DNA of 64,000 nucleotides, taken from Mobula hypostoma. Lineage: Eukaryota. A program made the position numbers and the translations under genes. Under the pieces are notes generated by a model. It searched no databases, was not told where the DNA came from, and worked only from the letters and a program-made list of their open reading frames with translations. This document shows, in pieces, positions 21,501 to 35,200 of the stretch; the stretch's first letter is position 1, and every line of letters begins with the position of its first letter. The DNA lies in contig NC_086100.1 of assembly GCF_963921235.1 (NCBI RefSeq), positions 199,642,001 through 199,706,000 of the forward strand, read 5' to 3'.

Positions 21501-24500
21501 CCGGGGCGTCTCGGCGAACTCTCAATGGATACGATTAAATATTCCCGTTTCAGCCTGATACGGTACAGCTAAAAAACACAACTGCTTCCAAGGACAGTAC
21601 AGTCAACAAAGATGTCTCGATGTGTTTAAAAGAACTATCGCTGCTCAAAACTGATGGAAACAACACCGATTGTGATCAGAAGCGCCCACGGAGGAAGCGC
21701 AAGTGCAGAGCCGGGTTACAAGTGCGTTTGAGGAAACGGGGATTTAAACTCCGTATACCGACGATCTTGCTGGCGAACGTGCAGTCTCTGGTGAATAAAA
21801 TCGATGATCTAAGAGCCAGGGTGCTGAATCAGAGGGACGTGAGGACCGCGTGTGTCCTTTGTGTCAGGGAATCCTGGTTAACCCCTTCCGTACCGGATGC
21901 AGTGATTCAGATCTACGGGTTTACTATGCACCGTCAGGATAGATCTACAGAGTCTCTCAAAAGCAGAGGTGGAGGAGTATGCCTCAGGGTCAACTCTTCT
22001 TGGTGCACAAATTTATCAGTGCTGTCCCAATTCTGCTCACCAGACCTGGAATATCTAGCAGTAAAGTGCCGTCCTTTTTCCCTACCAAGGGAGTTCTCTA
22101 GGATCATTTTGGTAGCAGTTTACATTCCACCTCAGGTCAATGTCAATCAGGCTTTAGATGATCTGAGCAATGGGATCAACATGCACGAAACAGCGCGCCC
22201 TAACGCCTTCACCATCGTTTTGGGGGATTTTAACCAGGCCAGTCTGAAAAAAATCACTAAGCAATTACCATCAACAGATCACTTGCAAAACCAGAGGAAA
22301 CAACACACTGGACCATTGTTACACCACCATCAAGAATGCCTACCGTTCTATTCCACGTCCTCACTTCGGGAAGTCTGATCACCTGGCTGTACTTCTACTC
22401 CCTGAGTATATCAGAGACTGAAGACTGCAGCACCAGCAGTGAGGACCAGGAAGGTTTGGACAAGGGAAGCACAGGATCACCTACAGGACTGCTTTGAATC
22501 GGTGGACTGGACTGTATTCAGGGATTCATCTTTGAATCTGGATGAGTATGCTGCAGTTGTCACTGACTTCATTGAAACCTGTGTGGATGAGTGTACCTAC
22601 AAAGACTTAGTGTACATTCCCAAACCAAAAGCTGCGGATGAACCAGGAGGTACGTCATCTGCTGAAGGCCAGATCTGTGACATTCAAGTCGTGACCCAGG
22701 CCTGTACCAGAAAACCAGGTATGATTTGTGGAGGGCTATTTCAAAGGTGAAGAGACAATTTTGGATGAGCATGGAGGCAACATTGGATGCACGGCAACTC
22801 TGGCAGTGTTTGCAAGATATTACTTCCTACAAAGCAAAACCCAATAGTATGAATGGCAGTGATGCTTCGCTACCAGATGAACTTAACGCCTTCTATGCAC
22901 ACTTTGAAAGGGAGAACACAACTACAGCTGTGAAAATCCCTGCTGCACCTGATGACCCTGTGATCTCTGTCTCAGAGGCTGATGTTAGACTGTCTTTAAA
23001 GAGAGTGAACCCTCGCAAGGCGGAAGGTCCCGATGGAATACCTGGTAAGGCTCTGAAAACCTGTGCCAACCAACTGGCAGCATTATTCAAAGACATTTTC
23101 AACATCTCACTGCTATGGGCAGAAGTTCCCACTTACTTCAAAAGGTAACAATTATATCAGTGCCTAAGAAGAATAACGTGGGCTGCCTTAATGACTATCA
23201 TCCGGTAGCACTCACATCGACAGTGATGAAATGGTCTGAGAGGTTGCTCATGACTAGACTGAACTCCTGCCTCAGCAAGGACCTGAACCCATTGCAATTT
23301 GCCTATCGCCACAATAGGCCAACAGTAGATGCAATCTCAATGGCTCTTCACACAGCTTTAGACCACCTGGATAACACAAACACCTACATCATGCTGTTCA
23401 TCGACTGTAGTTCAGAATTTAATACGATCATTCCCACAATCCTGATTGAGAAGTTACAAAACCTGGGCCTCTCTACCTCATTCTGCAATTGGATCCTATC
23501 TGGAAGACCACAATCTGTGTAGATTGATGAGAACATCTCCTCGCTGACGATCAGCACTGGTGCACCTCCGGGGTGTGTGCTTAGCCCACTGCTCTACTCT
23601 CTCTACACTCACGACTGTGTGGCTAAGCATGGCTCAAATATTATCTATAAATTTGCTGATGATACAACCATCGTTGGTAGTATCTCAGGTGGTGAGGAGA
23701 GGGCACACAGGAGTGACGTATGCCAACTAGTGCATGGTGTGGCAGCAACAACCTGGAACTGAACCTCAGTAAGACGGAAGAGCTGATTGTGGACTTCAGG
23801 AAGGGTAAGATGAAGGAACACACACCAATCCTCATAGAGGGATCAGAAGTGGAGAGAGTGAGCAGCTTCAAGTTCCTGGGTGTCAGGATCACTGAGGATC
23901 TAACCTGATCCCAACATATCGATGTACGTAGTTATAAAGAAGGCAAGACAGTGGCTATACTTCATTAGGAGTTTGAAGAGATTTTGCATGTCAACAAATA
24001 CATCCAAAAACTTTTATAGATGTATTGTGGGGAGCATCTGACAGGCTGCATCACTGTATGGTATGGGGTGGTGGTGGCGGAGGGGGGGGGGGGTCTACTG
24101 CACAGGACCGAAAGAAGCTGCAGAGGGTTGTAAATCTGGACAGCTCCATCTTGGCTACTAGCCTACAAAGTACCCAGGACATCTTTAGGAAGCAGTGTCT
24201 CACAAAGGCAGCGTCCATTATTAAGGACCTCCAGCACCCAGGGCATGCCCTTTTCTCACCGTTACCATCAGGTAGGAAGTACAGAAGCCTGAAGGCACAC
24301 ACTCAGTGATTCAGGAACAGCTTCTTCCCCTCTGCCATCCGATTCCTAAATGGACATTGAATCTTTGGACACGACCTCACTTTTTTAATATACAGTATTT
24401 CTGTTTTTGCATGTTTTTTAAAAAAATCTATTCAATATACGTAAACTGTAATTGATTTACTTTGTTTTTTTTCTCTTCTATATTATGTTTTGCAATGAAC

Positions 24501-24565
24501 TGCTGCTGCTCAGTTAACAAATTTCATGTCACATTCCGGTGATAATAAACCTGATTCTGATTCTG
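21501..24565 (+). mobile_element. Rex1/Babar LINE family A, full length, multiple frameshifts
   Basis: APE, RT (KFADDTT) and C-terminal fragments; ATCTT at 21496-21500 and 24566-24570; shares both flanks with 353-9737. Confidence 0.92.
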
Positions 24566-24729
24566 ATCTTTTCTGCACTCTTTCCATACCCTCCCCTCCC
24601 CCTTCCTCCAGACCTCCTTTCCCTGTCCACTGGTTCTCCCCCTACCCCACCACCCTCCACTTTCCCAAGCCCCTACCCCCAAGTCCCAGCTGGGTGGGAG
24701 CTCTTCGTGTACAGACCTCCTCTCCCCAG

Positions 24730-24859
24730 CACCGGTGGGGCCACACGTGTGGAGTTCTCGGCCCAGGAAGGAGGAGCCTGTCTCTGTCACACACTGGGGA
24801 TGGGTCGCTCGACCGAAGCTCGGAATGGGAGAGTTGTCCCATCAGGGAAGGGCGAATCG
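24730..24859 (+). other. Possible 130-bp exon (copies: 59-188 minus, 41823-41952 plus)
   Basis: Non-TE GC-rich segment with cctcctctccccag acceptor and gtgagg donor; frame unresolved. Confidence 0.3.
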
Positions 24860-24959
24860 GTGAGGCTGCAGCTCACCGGAGACCGAGAGCATGAAGGGGA
24901 TTGACGGGGGAGCTGGTGGAATCTGCTGCTGGGAGGGACAGAACTGAGTGTGTGTGAGG

Positions 24960-25185
24960 GTCCCTCCTCCTCCCAGTTTCAACCATCACCTTGTGTTTCT
25001 GTCTCCCCTCTCCACTCCCCCCAGCTTTTAACTCTGACTCCTCATCTTTGTTCTCCAGTCCTGCTGAAGGGTCTCGGCCCAAAAAAATCAAATCCTTTCT
25101 CCATAAATGCTGCCTGACCTGCTGAGTTCCTCCAGCATTTTGTGTGCTGGTCAGATTTCCAGCATCTGCTGCTTTTCTCTTGTTT
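24960..25185 (+). mobile_element. Penelope-like terminal remnant with degenerate hammerhead core; second copy ~42053-42278
   Basis: AGTCCTGCTGAAGGGTCTCGGCCCAAAA...GCTGCCTGACCTGCTGAGTTCCTCCAGC, homologous to 59777-59860. Confidence 0.7.
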
Positions 25186-25194
25186 GTCGTGAGT

Positions 25195-25238
<44 letters not shown>

Positions 25239-25294
25239 TGTCTGTCTGTATGTATGTGTTGTTGAGTATTGTCTGTTTGTGTGTCTGTGTGCAC

Positions 25295-26294
25295 GTGTCT
25301 AGGAGTTGAGGATGCCATCGTCTACCTGTGTCTACGCCCACCTGGACAAGCCAGCGAGCACTGTGAGGGTCATGTTTTTTGACTTTTCCAGTGCGTTCAA
25401 CACCATCCGCCCTGCTCTGTTGGGGGAGAAACTGACAGCGATGCAGGTGGATGCTTCCCTGGTATCATGGATTCTTGACTACCTGACTGGCAGACCACAG
25501 TACATGTGCTTGCAACACTGTGTGTCCGACAGAGTGATCAGCAGCACTGGGGCTCCACAGGGGACTGTCTTGTCTCCCTTTCTCTTCACCATCTACACCT
25601 CGGACTTCAACTACTGCACAGAGTCTTGTCATCTTCAGAAGTTTTCGGATGACTCTGCCATAGTTGGATGCATCAGCAAGGGCGATGAGGCTGAGTACAG
25701 GGCTACGGTAGGAAACTGTGTCACATGGTGTGAGCAGAATTATCTGCAGCTTAATGTGAAAAAGACTAAGGAGCTGGTGGTAGACCTGAGGAGAGCTAAG
25801 GTACCGGTGACCCCGGGGGTCATCCAGGGGGTCAGTGTGGAAATGGTGGAGGGTTACAAATACCTGGGGATACGAATTGACAATAAACTGGACTGGTCAA
25901 AGAACACTGAGGCTGTCTACAAGAAGGGTCAGAGCCGTCTCTATTTCCTGAGGAGACTGAGGCCCTTTAACATCTGCTGGATGCTGCTGAGAATGTTCTA
26001 CGCGTCTGTGGTGGCCAGTGCTATCGTGTTTGCTGTTGTGTGCTGGGGCAGCAGGCTGAGGGTAGCAGACACCAACAGAATCAACAAACTTATTCGTAAG
26101 GCCAGTGATGTTGTGGGGATGGAACTGGACTCTCTGATGGTGGTGTCTGAAAAGAGGATGCTGTCCAAGTTGCATGTCATCTTGGTCAATGTCTCCCATC
26201 CACTACATAATGTACTGGGTGGGCACAGGAGTACATTCAGCCAGAGACTCATTCCTCCGAGATGCAGCACAGAGCGTCACAGGAAGTCACTCCT
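25295..26294 (+). mobile_element. Rex1 LINE family C, 5'-truncated, 3' end cut by the duplication junction
   Basis: FFDFSSAFNTI, GAPQGTVLSPFLF, KFSDDS RT motifs. Confidence 0.92.
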
Positions 26295-29200
26295 GCACTG
26301 ATATATTTGTGCACCAAGAAGACCTGATCATGAAGCATACTCCTCTACTTCTACTTTTGAGAGACTCTGTAGATCTATCCTGACGGTGCATAGTAAACCC
26401 GTAGATCTGAATCACTGCATCCGGTACGGAAGGGGTTAACCAGGATTCCCTGACACAAAGGACACACGCGGTCCTCACGTCCCTCTGATTCAGCACCCTG
26501 GCTCTGAGATCATCGATTTTATTCACCAGAGACTGCACGTTTGCCAGCAAGATCGTCGGTATACGGAGTTTAAATCCCCGTTTCCTCAAACGCACTTGTA
26601 ACCCGGCTCTGCACTTGCGCTTCCTCCGTGGTGTCCTACATGGGCGCTTCTGATCACAATCGGTGTTGTTTCCATCAGTTTTGAGCAGCGATAGTTCCTT
26701 TAAACACATCGAGACATCTTTGTTGACTGTACTGTCCTTGGAAGCAGTTGTGTTTTTTAGCTGTACCGTATCAGGCTGAAACGGGAATATTTAATCGTAT
26801 CCATCGAGTGTTCGCCATGACGCCCCGGAAGATTTACCAGGATGTTGCCTGCACCAGGGACCAGGGGGCCTGAGTTACAAGGAGAGGTTGTGTGGAAAGG
26901 ATTTTATTTCTGGAACGTAGGGAATTGAGGGGTGACCTGAATGAAGTAAATGAATCAGAACGGACACAGACAGGGTGAAAGCACATATATTCCTGTGGGA
27001 GGAAGTGTTTAAAACAAAAAGGGCACAGGTTTGAGATCAGAGGGGAGAGATTTAAAAGGGTCAGTGGGTCAGCTTCTTCAGACAGAGAGTGTTGAATATT
27101 TGGAATGAGCTGCCAGATACAGTAGTTGAGCCGGGCACTTCAGCAACATTTAAAAGCCATCTAGATATGTACATGGATTGGAGAGGTTCAGAGGGCTATG
27201 GGCCAAGTACAGGCAGATGAGACCAGCACAGTCAGCATGGATCAGATGGGCCGAATGGCCTTTCTCCCTGCTGGATTTCGCCAGTGACTCTGGAAGGTCA
27301 ATGGACTGCGGAACATAGTGACAACAACTTCAGGGAGCTGGGACAGATATGTTACGTACCCTGTAACGGGTTATAGAAGCAGCAGAAATGGAAAACACCT
27401 TTAGTCTGGTATTGCTTTTAACTAATGCTATTTTTATTACTAACTACATAATACAGTGGGCACGTGGCCAAGTGGTTAAGGCATTGGACTAGCGACCTGA
27501 TGGTCGTGAGTTCGAGCCCCAGCCAAGGCAACGTGTTGTGTCCTTGAGCAAGGCACTTAATCACACATTGCTCTGTGACGACTCTGGTGCCAAGCTGTAT
27601 GGGTCCTAGTGCCCTTCTCTTGGGCAACATCGGTCGCATGGAGAGGGGAGACTTGCAGCATGGGCAACTGCTGATCTTCCATACAACCTTGGCCAGGCCT
27701 GCGCCCTGCAGATCCATGGTCTCGCAAGACTAACGGATGCCTTTAATTAATTTAACATATATATAACCAGCTAAATCAAACAGGTTAGCAGTGTTATGTG
27801 TATATATGTATGCAAATCTAACTCCCAAACTATTGAGCTTGGGAGAAACAAGGCTTAGAGTCTTGAGATGGTAAAGTATGAAAGTTCAGTTCATCCATGG
27901 AATAGGTGATAAGATATTTGTAATCCAGGGTAAATGTCGAGAGAAGGCAATTACATCGATATTCCACAGATTCCACAACAGCAATACAAAATAACAATAG
28001 TAGTAGGATTTATCTCCGAAGTTGTTCCACTCCACACACGAAATATCACCGACAGTGATCTTCAACGAATAGCCTTTCAACACAAGTGGTACCACACCCG
28101 AATTCAGCTCCAGGTCATCCCAAAGTGGTGGCCACAGGATACTCCAACAGAATTCACGTATGGATTATCACCAACAGTAGCTTATCACTGAGGTACCACC
28201 CTCAAGTTGTAAAACTACCAACCCAGGCATGGATTATCACACACAGGTAGTTTCAACACAAGGTTACCCCAAACACACAACGTGATAGCCATTTATCCAG
28301 TTCCACGACATACGAAATAACTCCAACAGTGATTTGCCACAGGGGTGCCTTTTTTCAGTGAACTACCACACCCAAACAAGGGTAACACACAAGTGGTATT
28401 CACAAAGGTACTCCCCTCACCAGAGAACCCACTGCTGTTGATTAACTACGTGACAGTCACACTTTCATATTCGAATAGAACTCAAACTCACCCTTACGGG
28501 CTACAGAGCAGAGAGTCCAAACAGTGACCTCTTTGTCACTAGGTTTCTTCTGTTTCAAACTTTCCTCTCCCCTCTGCAAACTTCTAGTTGCAGAAAACTT
28601 GTGAGAGTCATTTATCAATACTCAGGATCGATCTCACCTTACCCGTTTTGGGCTACTGAAAGTTTAAACCAGGACCTCACTCACTGGTGTCTTTTATTGA
28701 TCGAATCCATCTTGACTTATACTAATTTACACCCTACATCCAGACTACTGTTTGGGGGCCTGTAGATAACTCCCATTAGGGTCTTTCTACCCTTACAATT
28801 TCTCAGTTCTATCCAGTTCCAGCTCAAGAAGGGATCGTACAGTATGGCCAAGTGAAATAGGAACTGATGTGGGAGGTGAGGGGAGTAATGAATTAAAAGT
28901 ATTGTATGTGAATGCACGGAGTATAAGAAATAAAGTGCATCAGCTTGAGGCTCAGTTGGAAATTGGTAAGTATGATGTTGTGGGAATAACAGAGACATGG
29001 CTTCAAGTGGACAGGGCCTAGGAAATGAATATTCAAGGGTATACGTCCCATCGAAAGGACAGACTGATGGGCAGAGGGGGTGGGGTGGCTCTGTTGGTGA
29101 GGAATGATATTCAGTCCCTTGCGAGGGGGGACATAGAATCAGGAGACGTAGAGTCAGTATGGATAGAACTGAGAAATTCTCAGGGTAGAAAGACCCTAAT

Positions 29201-32165
29201 GGGAGTTATCTACAGGCCCCCAAACAGTAGTCTGGATGTGGGGTGTAAGTTGAATCAAGAGTTAAAATTGGCATGTCGCAAAGGTAATGCTACAGGTGTT
29301 ATGGGGAACTTCAACATGCAGGTAAACTGGAGGAATCAGGTTGGTACTGGACCCCAAGAAAGGGAGTTTGTGGAGACCCTCCGAGATGGATTCTTAGAAC
29401 AGCTTGTACTGGAGCCTACCAGAGAGAACGCAATTCTAGATTTAGTGTTGTGCAATGAACCAGATTTGATCAGGGACCTCGAGGTAAAGGAGCCATTAGG
29501 AGGTAGTGACCATAATATGATAAGTTTTAATCTACAATTTGAGAGGGAGAAGGGAAACTCGCAAGTGTCAGTATTACAGTTGAACAAAGGGAACTATGGT
29601 GCTATGAGGGAGGAGCTGGCCAAAGTTGAATGGAACAATACCCTAGCAGGGATGACAGTGGAACAGCAATGGCAAGTGTTTCCGGGAATAATGCGGAAGG
29701 TGCAGGATCAGTTCATTCCAAAGAAGAAGAAAGATCCCCAGGGGAGTAAGGGGAGGCCGTGGCTGACAAGGGAAGTAATCGACAGTATAAAAATAAAAGA
29801 GAAGAATTATAACATAGCAAAGACGAGTGGGAAGCTGGAGGATTGGGAAACTTTTAAAGAGCAACAGAAGGTAACTAAAAAGGCAATACATGGAGAAAAA
29901 ATAAGGTATGAAGGTAAACTAGCCAAGAATATAAAGGAGGATAGTAAAAGGTTCCTTAGGTATGTGAAAAGGAAAAAAATAGTTAAGACCAAAATAGGGC
30001 CCTTGAAGACAGAAGCAGGTGAATTTATTATGGGGAACAAGGGAATGGCAGACGACTTGAACAGGTACTTTGTATCTGTCTTCACTAGGGAAGACACAAA
30101 CAATCTCCCAGATGTAATAGTGGCCAAAGGACCTAGAGTAATGGATGAATTGAAGGAAATTTATATTAGACAGGAATTGGTGTTGGATAGGCTGTTGGGT
30201 CTGAAGGCTGATAAGTCCCCAGGACCTAATGGTCTGCATCCCAGGGTACTTAAGGAGGTGGCTTTAGAAATCGTGGACGCATTGGTAATCATTTTCCAAT
30301 GTTCTATAGATTCAGGATCAGTTCCTGTGGATTGGATGGTGGCTAATGTTGTCCCTCTCTTCAAGAAGGGAGGAAGAGAGAACACAGGGAATTATAGACC
30401 GGTTAGCCTGACATCGGTGGTGGGAAAGATGCTGGAGTCAATTATAAAAGATGAAATTATGACACATTTGGATGCAGTAACAGGATCGGTCCAAGTCAGC
30501 ATGGATTTACGAAGGGGAAATAGTGCTTGACTAATCTTCTGGAATTTTTTGAGGATGTAACTATGAAAATGGACAAGGGAGAGCCAGTGGATGTAGTGTA
30601 CCTGGACTTTCAGAAAGCCTTTGATAAAGTCCCACATAGGAGATTAGTGGGCAAAATTAGGGCACATGGTATTGGGGGCAGAGCACTGACATGGATTGAA
30701 AATTGGCTGGCTGACAGAAAACAAAGAGTAGCGATTAACGGGTCCCTTTCGGAATGGCAGGTGGTGACCAGTGGGGTACCACAGGGTTCAGTGCTGGGAC
30801 CGCAGCTATTTACAATATACATTAATGATTTAGATGAAGGGATTAAAAGTAACATTAGCAAATTTGCCGATGACACAAAGCTGGGTGGCAGTGTGAAATG
30901 TGAGGAGGATGTTATAAGAATGCAGGGTGACTTGGACAGGCTGGGTGAGTGGGCAGATGCATGGCAGATGCAGTTTAATGTGGATAAATGTGAGGTTATC
31001 CACTTTGGTGGTAAGAACGGAAAGGCAGATTATTATCTAAATGGAGTCAAGTTAGGAAAAGGGGAAGCACAACCAGATCTAGGTGTTCTTGTACATCAGT
31101 CACTGAAAGCAAGCATGCAAGTACAGCAGGCAGTGAAGAAAGCTAATGGCATGTTGGCCTTCATAACAAGGGGAATTGAGTATAAGAGCAAAGAGGTCCT
31201 TCTGCAGCTGTACAGGGCCCTGGTGAGACCACACCTGGAGTACTGTGTGCAGTTTTGGTCTCCAAATTTGAGGAAGGACATTCTTGCTATTGAGGGAGTG
31301 CAGCATAGGTTCACAAGGTTAATTCCCGGGATGGCGGGACTGTCATATGTTGAAAGATTGGAGCGACTAGGCTTGTATACTCTGGAATTTAGAAGGCTGA
31401 GTTAATCTTATTTAAACATATAAGATTATTAAGGGATTGGACACGCTGGAGGCAGGAAGCATGTTCCCGCTGATGGGTGAGTCCAGAACCGGAGGCCACA
31501 GGGGTAGGCCATTTAGAACGGATTTGAGGAAAAACTTTTTCACCCAGAGAGTGGTGGATATATGGAATGCTCTGCCCCAGAAGGCAGTGGAGGCCAAGTC
31601 TCTGGATGTTTTCAAAAAAGAGATGGATAGAGCTCTTAAAGATAGTTGAATCAAAGGTTATGGAGATACGGCAGGAACTGGATACTGATAGTGGATGATC
31701 AGCCATGATCACAGTGAATGGCGGTGCTGGCTCAAAGGGACGAATGGCCTACTCCTGCACCTATTGTCTATTGTCTATTGACTCTTGACTGTGTCTTTCT
31801 GTGTGTTCTGGTATATTCAAAACAAGCTGCAGAGAAACCATATCATGGATTGTCCATCAAATAACTCCACCTCTCTCTCTCTCTGTCTCTCAGCAGAAAT
31901 CCCAAAAGTTAGTCTTAGTTCTCTCTTGTGCCTTAAAGTGACAGTCCACAGCAAAAAGGAACCCCAGGGGTTCATAACAGATGTGTCTCTGACATTTTTA
32001 GCTACACCATCAGGAAGGATTTCTCCAAGATTTCTCGTCCACTTACCGCTGGTAGTTGGTGAGGTTCGCACGGTGGGAACGTGACGAGTCCCCAAAGATT
32101 GCCGAGGAGCAGGAACTGGTCTCGGATGATCTGTGGCAATGAAGATTCTCTGGTTCAGTGATGAT

Positions 32166-32212
<47 letters not shown>

Positions 32213-35200
32213 GAAAAAGAGAGAGAGAGATACACACATAAGAACATAAGAAATAGGGGCAGGAGTCGGCCATCCGGCCCGTCGAGCCTGCTCCGTCATT
32301 CAATAAGATCCCGGCTGATCTGGCCATGGACTCATCTCCACCCAACTGCCTTTTCCCCATAACCCGTTATTTCTCTTCTATGCAAAAATCAATCCAACCT
32401 TGTCTTAAATATATTTACTGAAGTAGCCTCCACTGCTTCATTGGGCAGAGGGACTCGGACACAAACACAGAGAGAGCGAGACAGACACACACACACACGC
32501 ACACGTGTTGGGAAAGTTGGGGGGGGAAGAACCAATGGCCGGGGGGAGGAGGTCTGGAGGACGGGGGGGGGGGGGTGGTGTCCAGAGGACAGTGGGGATG
32601 TACAGAGGACTGGGGGGGGGGATGGTTAGGGATGTCTGGAATATGGTGGGGGGGATGTACAATGGACTGGGGTATGGGTAGGAATGTCTGGAACGGAGGG
32701 AGGTGTCCAGAGCAAAGTGGGATGGTATAGAGGACTGGGGGATGGGTAGGGATGTCTGGAGGAAGGGGGAGTGGGTGTCTAGAGGAATGGGGGATGGGTA
32801 GGGATGTCTGGAGGAAGGGGAAATGGGTGTCCGGAGGACTGGGGGATGGGTAGGGATGTCTGGAGGAAGGGGGAATGGGTGTCCGGAGGACTGGGGGATG
32901 GGTAGGGATGTCTGGAGGAAGGGGGAGTGGGTGTCTGGAGGACTGGGGGATGGGTAGGGATGTCTGGAGGAAGGGGAAATGGGTGTCCGGAGGACTGGGG
33001 GATGGGTAGGGATGTCTGGAGGAAGGGGGAATGGGTGTCCGGAGGACTGGGGGATGGGTAGGGATGTCTGGAGGAAGGGGGAGTGGGTGTCTAGAGGACT
33101 GGGGGATGGGTAGGGATGTCTGGAGGAAGGGGGAGTGGGTGTCTAGAGGACTGGGGGATGGATATGGATGTCTTCAGGAAGGGGGATTGGGTGTCTGGAG
33201 GACTGGAGGATGGGTAGGGATGTCTGGAGGAAGGGGTAGGGGTGCTGAGGAAGAGGGAGGGAGGGTTGTTTTGTGGACCAGGGGGTGGTCGACCTGGCAG
33301 CTTATATACCAGAGCAGTTGGTGCCCCATTGTTTCAGAGATTTGTTGGTTACTGGTGTTGAAGAGATGAGTGCCTCAGAGAAGAGCGATATCTGCAGAGT
33401 TCTCCAGCCCCAGGGACGGGGAGTGTGTGTGTGGTGGGGGGTGAGGTGGAATGAAAGAGTCCACTGGTGGATAATGCCCTCCTGCAGAGTGAGGAGCGGA
33501 GGTCCCATCCCAGACTGGAACCACCACGGTCATTGTCCACTTACCACTGGGTGCAGGGCAGGAGCTTTTCACCAGAAGGGTGATCCCCACTGTGGGAATG
33601 TGGCGAGTCCCCGGACATCTCCGGGGACCTGGAACTGGTCTCGGACCATCTGTGGCTATGAAAATTCCGTGACTGAAGGAAGATTCACATGAACACACGG
33701 ACACCCACACACTCAGCTGAGTTATAGGGAAAGGTGGAATAGGTTCGGACTCCATTCCCTGGAGTGCAGGAGACTGAGAGGAGATTTGATAGAGGTATAC
33801 AAAGTGATGAGGGGTGTAGATAGGGTAAATACAAGCAGACTTTACCCACTGAGTTCAGGTGAGGTCATGGGTTAAGGGTGAAAGGTGAGAAGTTTACGGG
33901 GGAACATGAGGCAGAACTTCTTCACTCAGAGGGTTGGGAGAGTGTGGAATGAGGTGCCAGCACAAGTGGTGCTTGCCAGCTCAGTTTCAATGTCTAAGGG
34001 AAGTTTGGATAGGTACACGGTTGGTCGGGGTATGGAGGGCTATGGTCAGTGGGAGTAGGCAGATTAATGGTTCCGTACTGTCTGGATGGGCTGTAGGGCC
34101 TGTTTCCGTGTGTTCATGACTATCTCTCTCTCTCTCTCTGACACTGACACTGACACTGACACACACACACACACACTTGGCAGCGCAGTAGATATGGCAA
34201 TTGCGCTTGTGAATTTGCACGTGTGAGCTGATTATTATTTAATCGTGATAGTATTTAACTCCATTCTTGTCGTCGGAGTGCTTGTCGAGACTTGGACAGA
34301 GCATAGCAACGCTTCCCTGCTGTTTTACATTTGGCCTTCCCTGAGCTACTGGACTTTCGAAATCAACTGACTGAAGACCAGCGGTATTTGTTTCATGATT
34401 AGATGTTCTTTTCAGCTGCAGTGTAGGCTTCGTTTTCCTTTTGAGAGTATTAGTCAACAGCCCTGTTTGGTATAGCGTTTATTGTTTAATTTTCCTGTTT
34501 TGTATCAAAGTCTGTGAACTTCGACCTGCTTCAATGTCTCTCACTCCACACTTGGGCCATAACTGAACTGTGGTGACAGTTATCGGAACCAAGTTTCCCA
34601 GACCTTCTCGCTCCCACCGAGCTGGAATACCCAGCCCCACATCTAAACCCTCCACCTACAACATAGTCATAGTCATACTTTATTGATCCCGGGGGAAATT
34701 GGTTTTCGTTACAGTTGCACCATAAATAACTTAAAAGTAATAAAACCATAAATAGTTAAATAGTAATATGTAAATTATGCCAGTAAATTATGAAATAAGT
34801 CCAGGACCAGCCTATTGGCTCAGGGTGTCTGACCCTCCAAGGGAGGAGTTGTGAAGTTTGATGGCCACAGGCAGGAGTGACTTCCTGTGACGCTCTGTGC
34901 TGCATCTCGGTGGAATGAGTCTCTGGCTGAATGTACTCCTGTGCCCACCCAGTACATTATTTAGTGGATGGGAGATATTGTCCAAGATGGCATGCAACTT
35001 GGACAGCATCCTCTTTTCAGACACCACCGTCAGAGAGTCCAGTTCCATCCCCACAACATCACTGGCCTTACGAGTGAGTTTGTTAACCCTGGCACTGACT
35101 CTTCCCCATCCCACCACCCTCCGCCACCAACTCTCCTCCCCCACCCTACTGAGCACACATCCAGTGACCATCGACACCCACCAACCTGCACCCACTGACT

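Larger units (their letters stand above)
9204..26294. repeat. Tandem segmental duplication, unit 1 (~17.09 kb)
   Basis: ORF track and sequence recur at offset 17091-17093; only a few differences found by eye. Confidence 0.98.
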
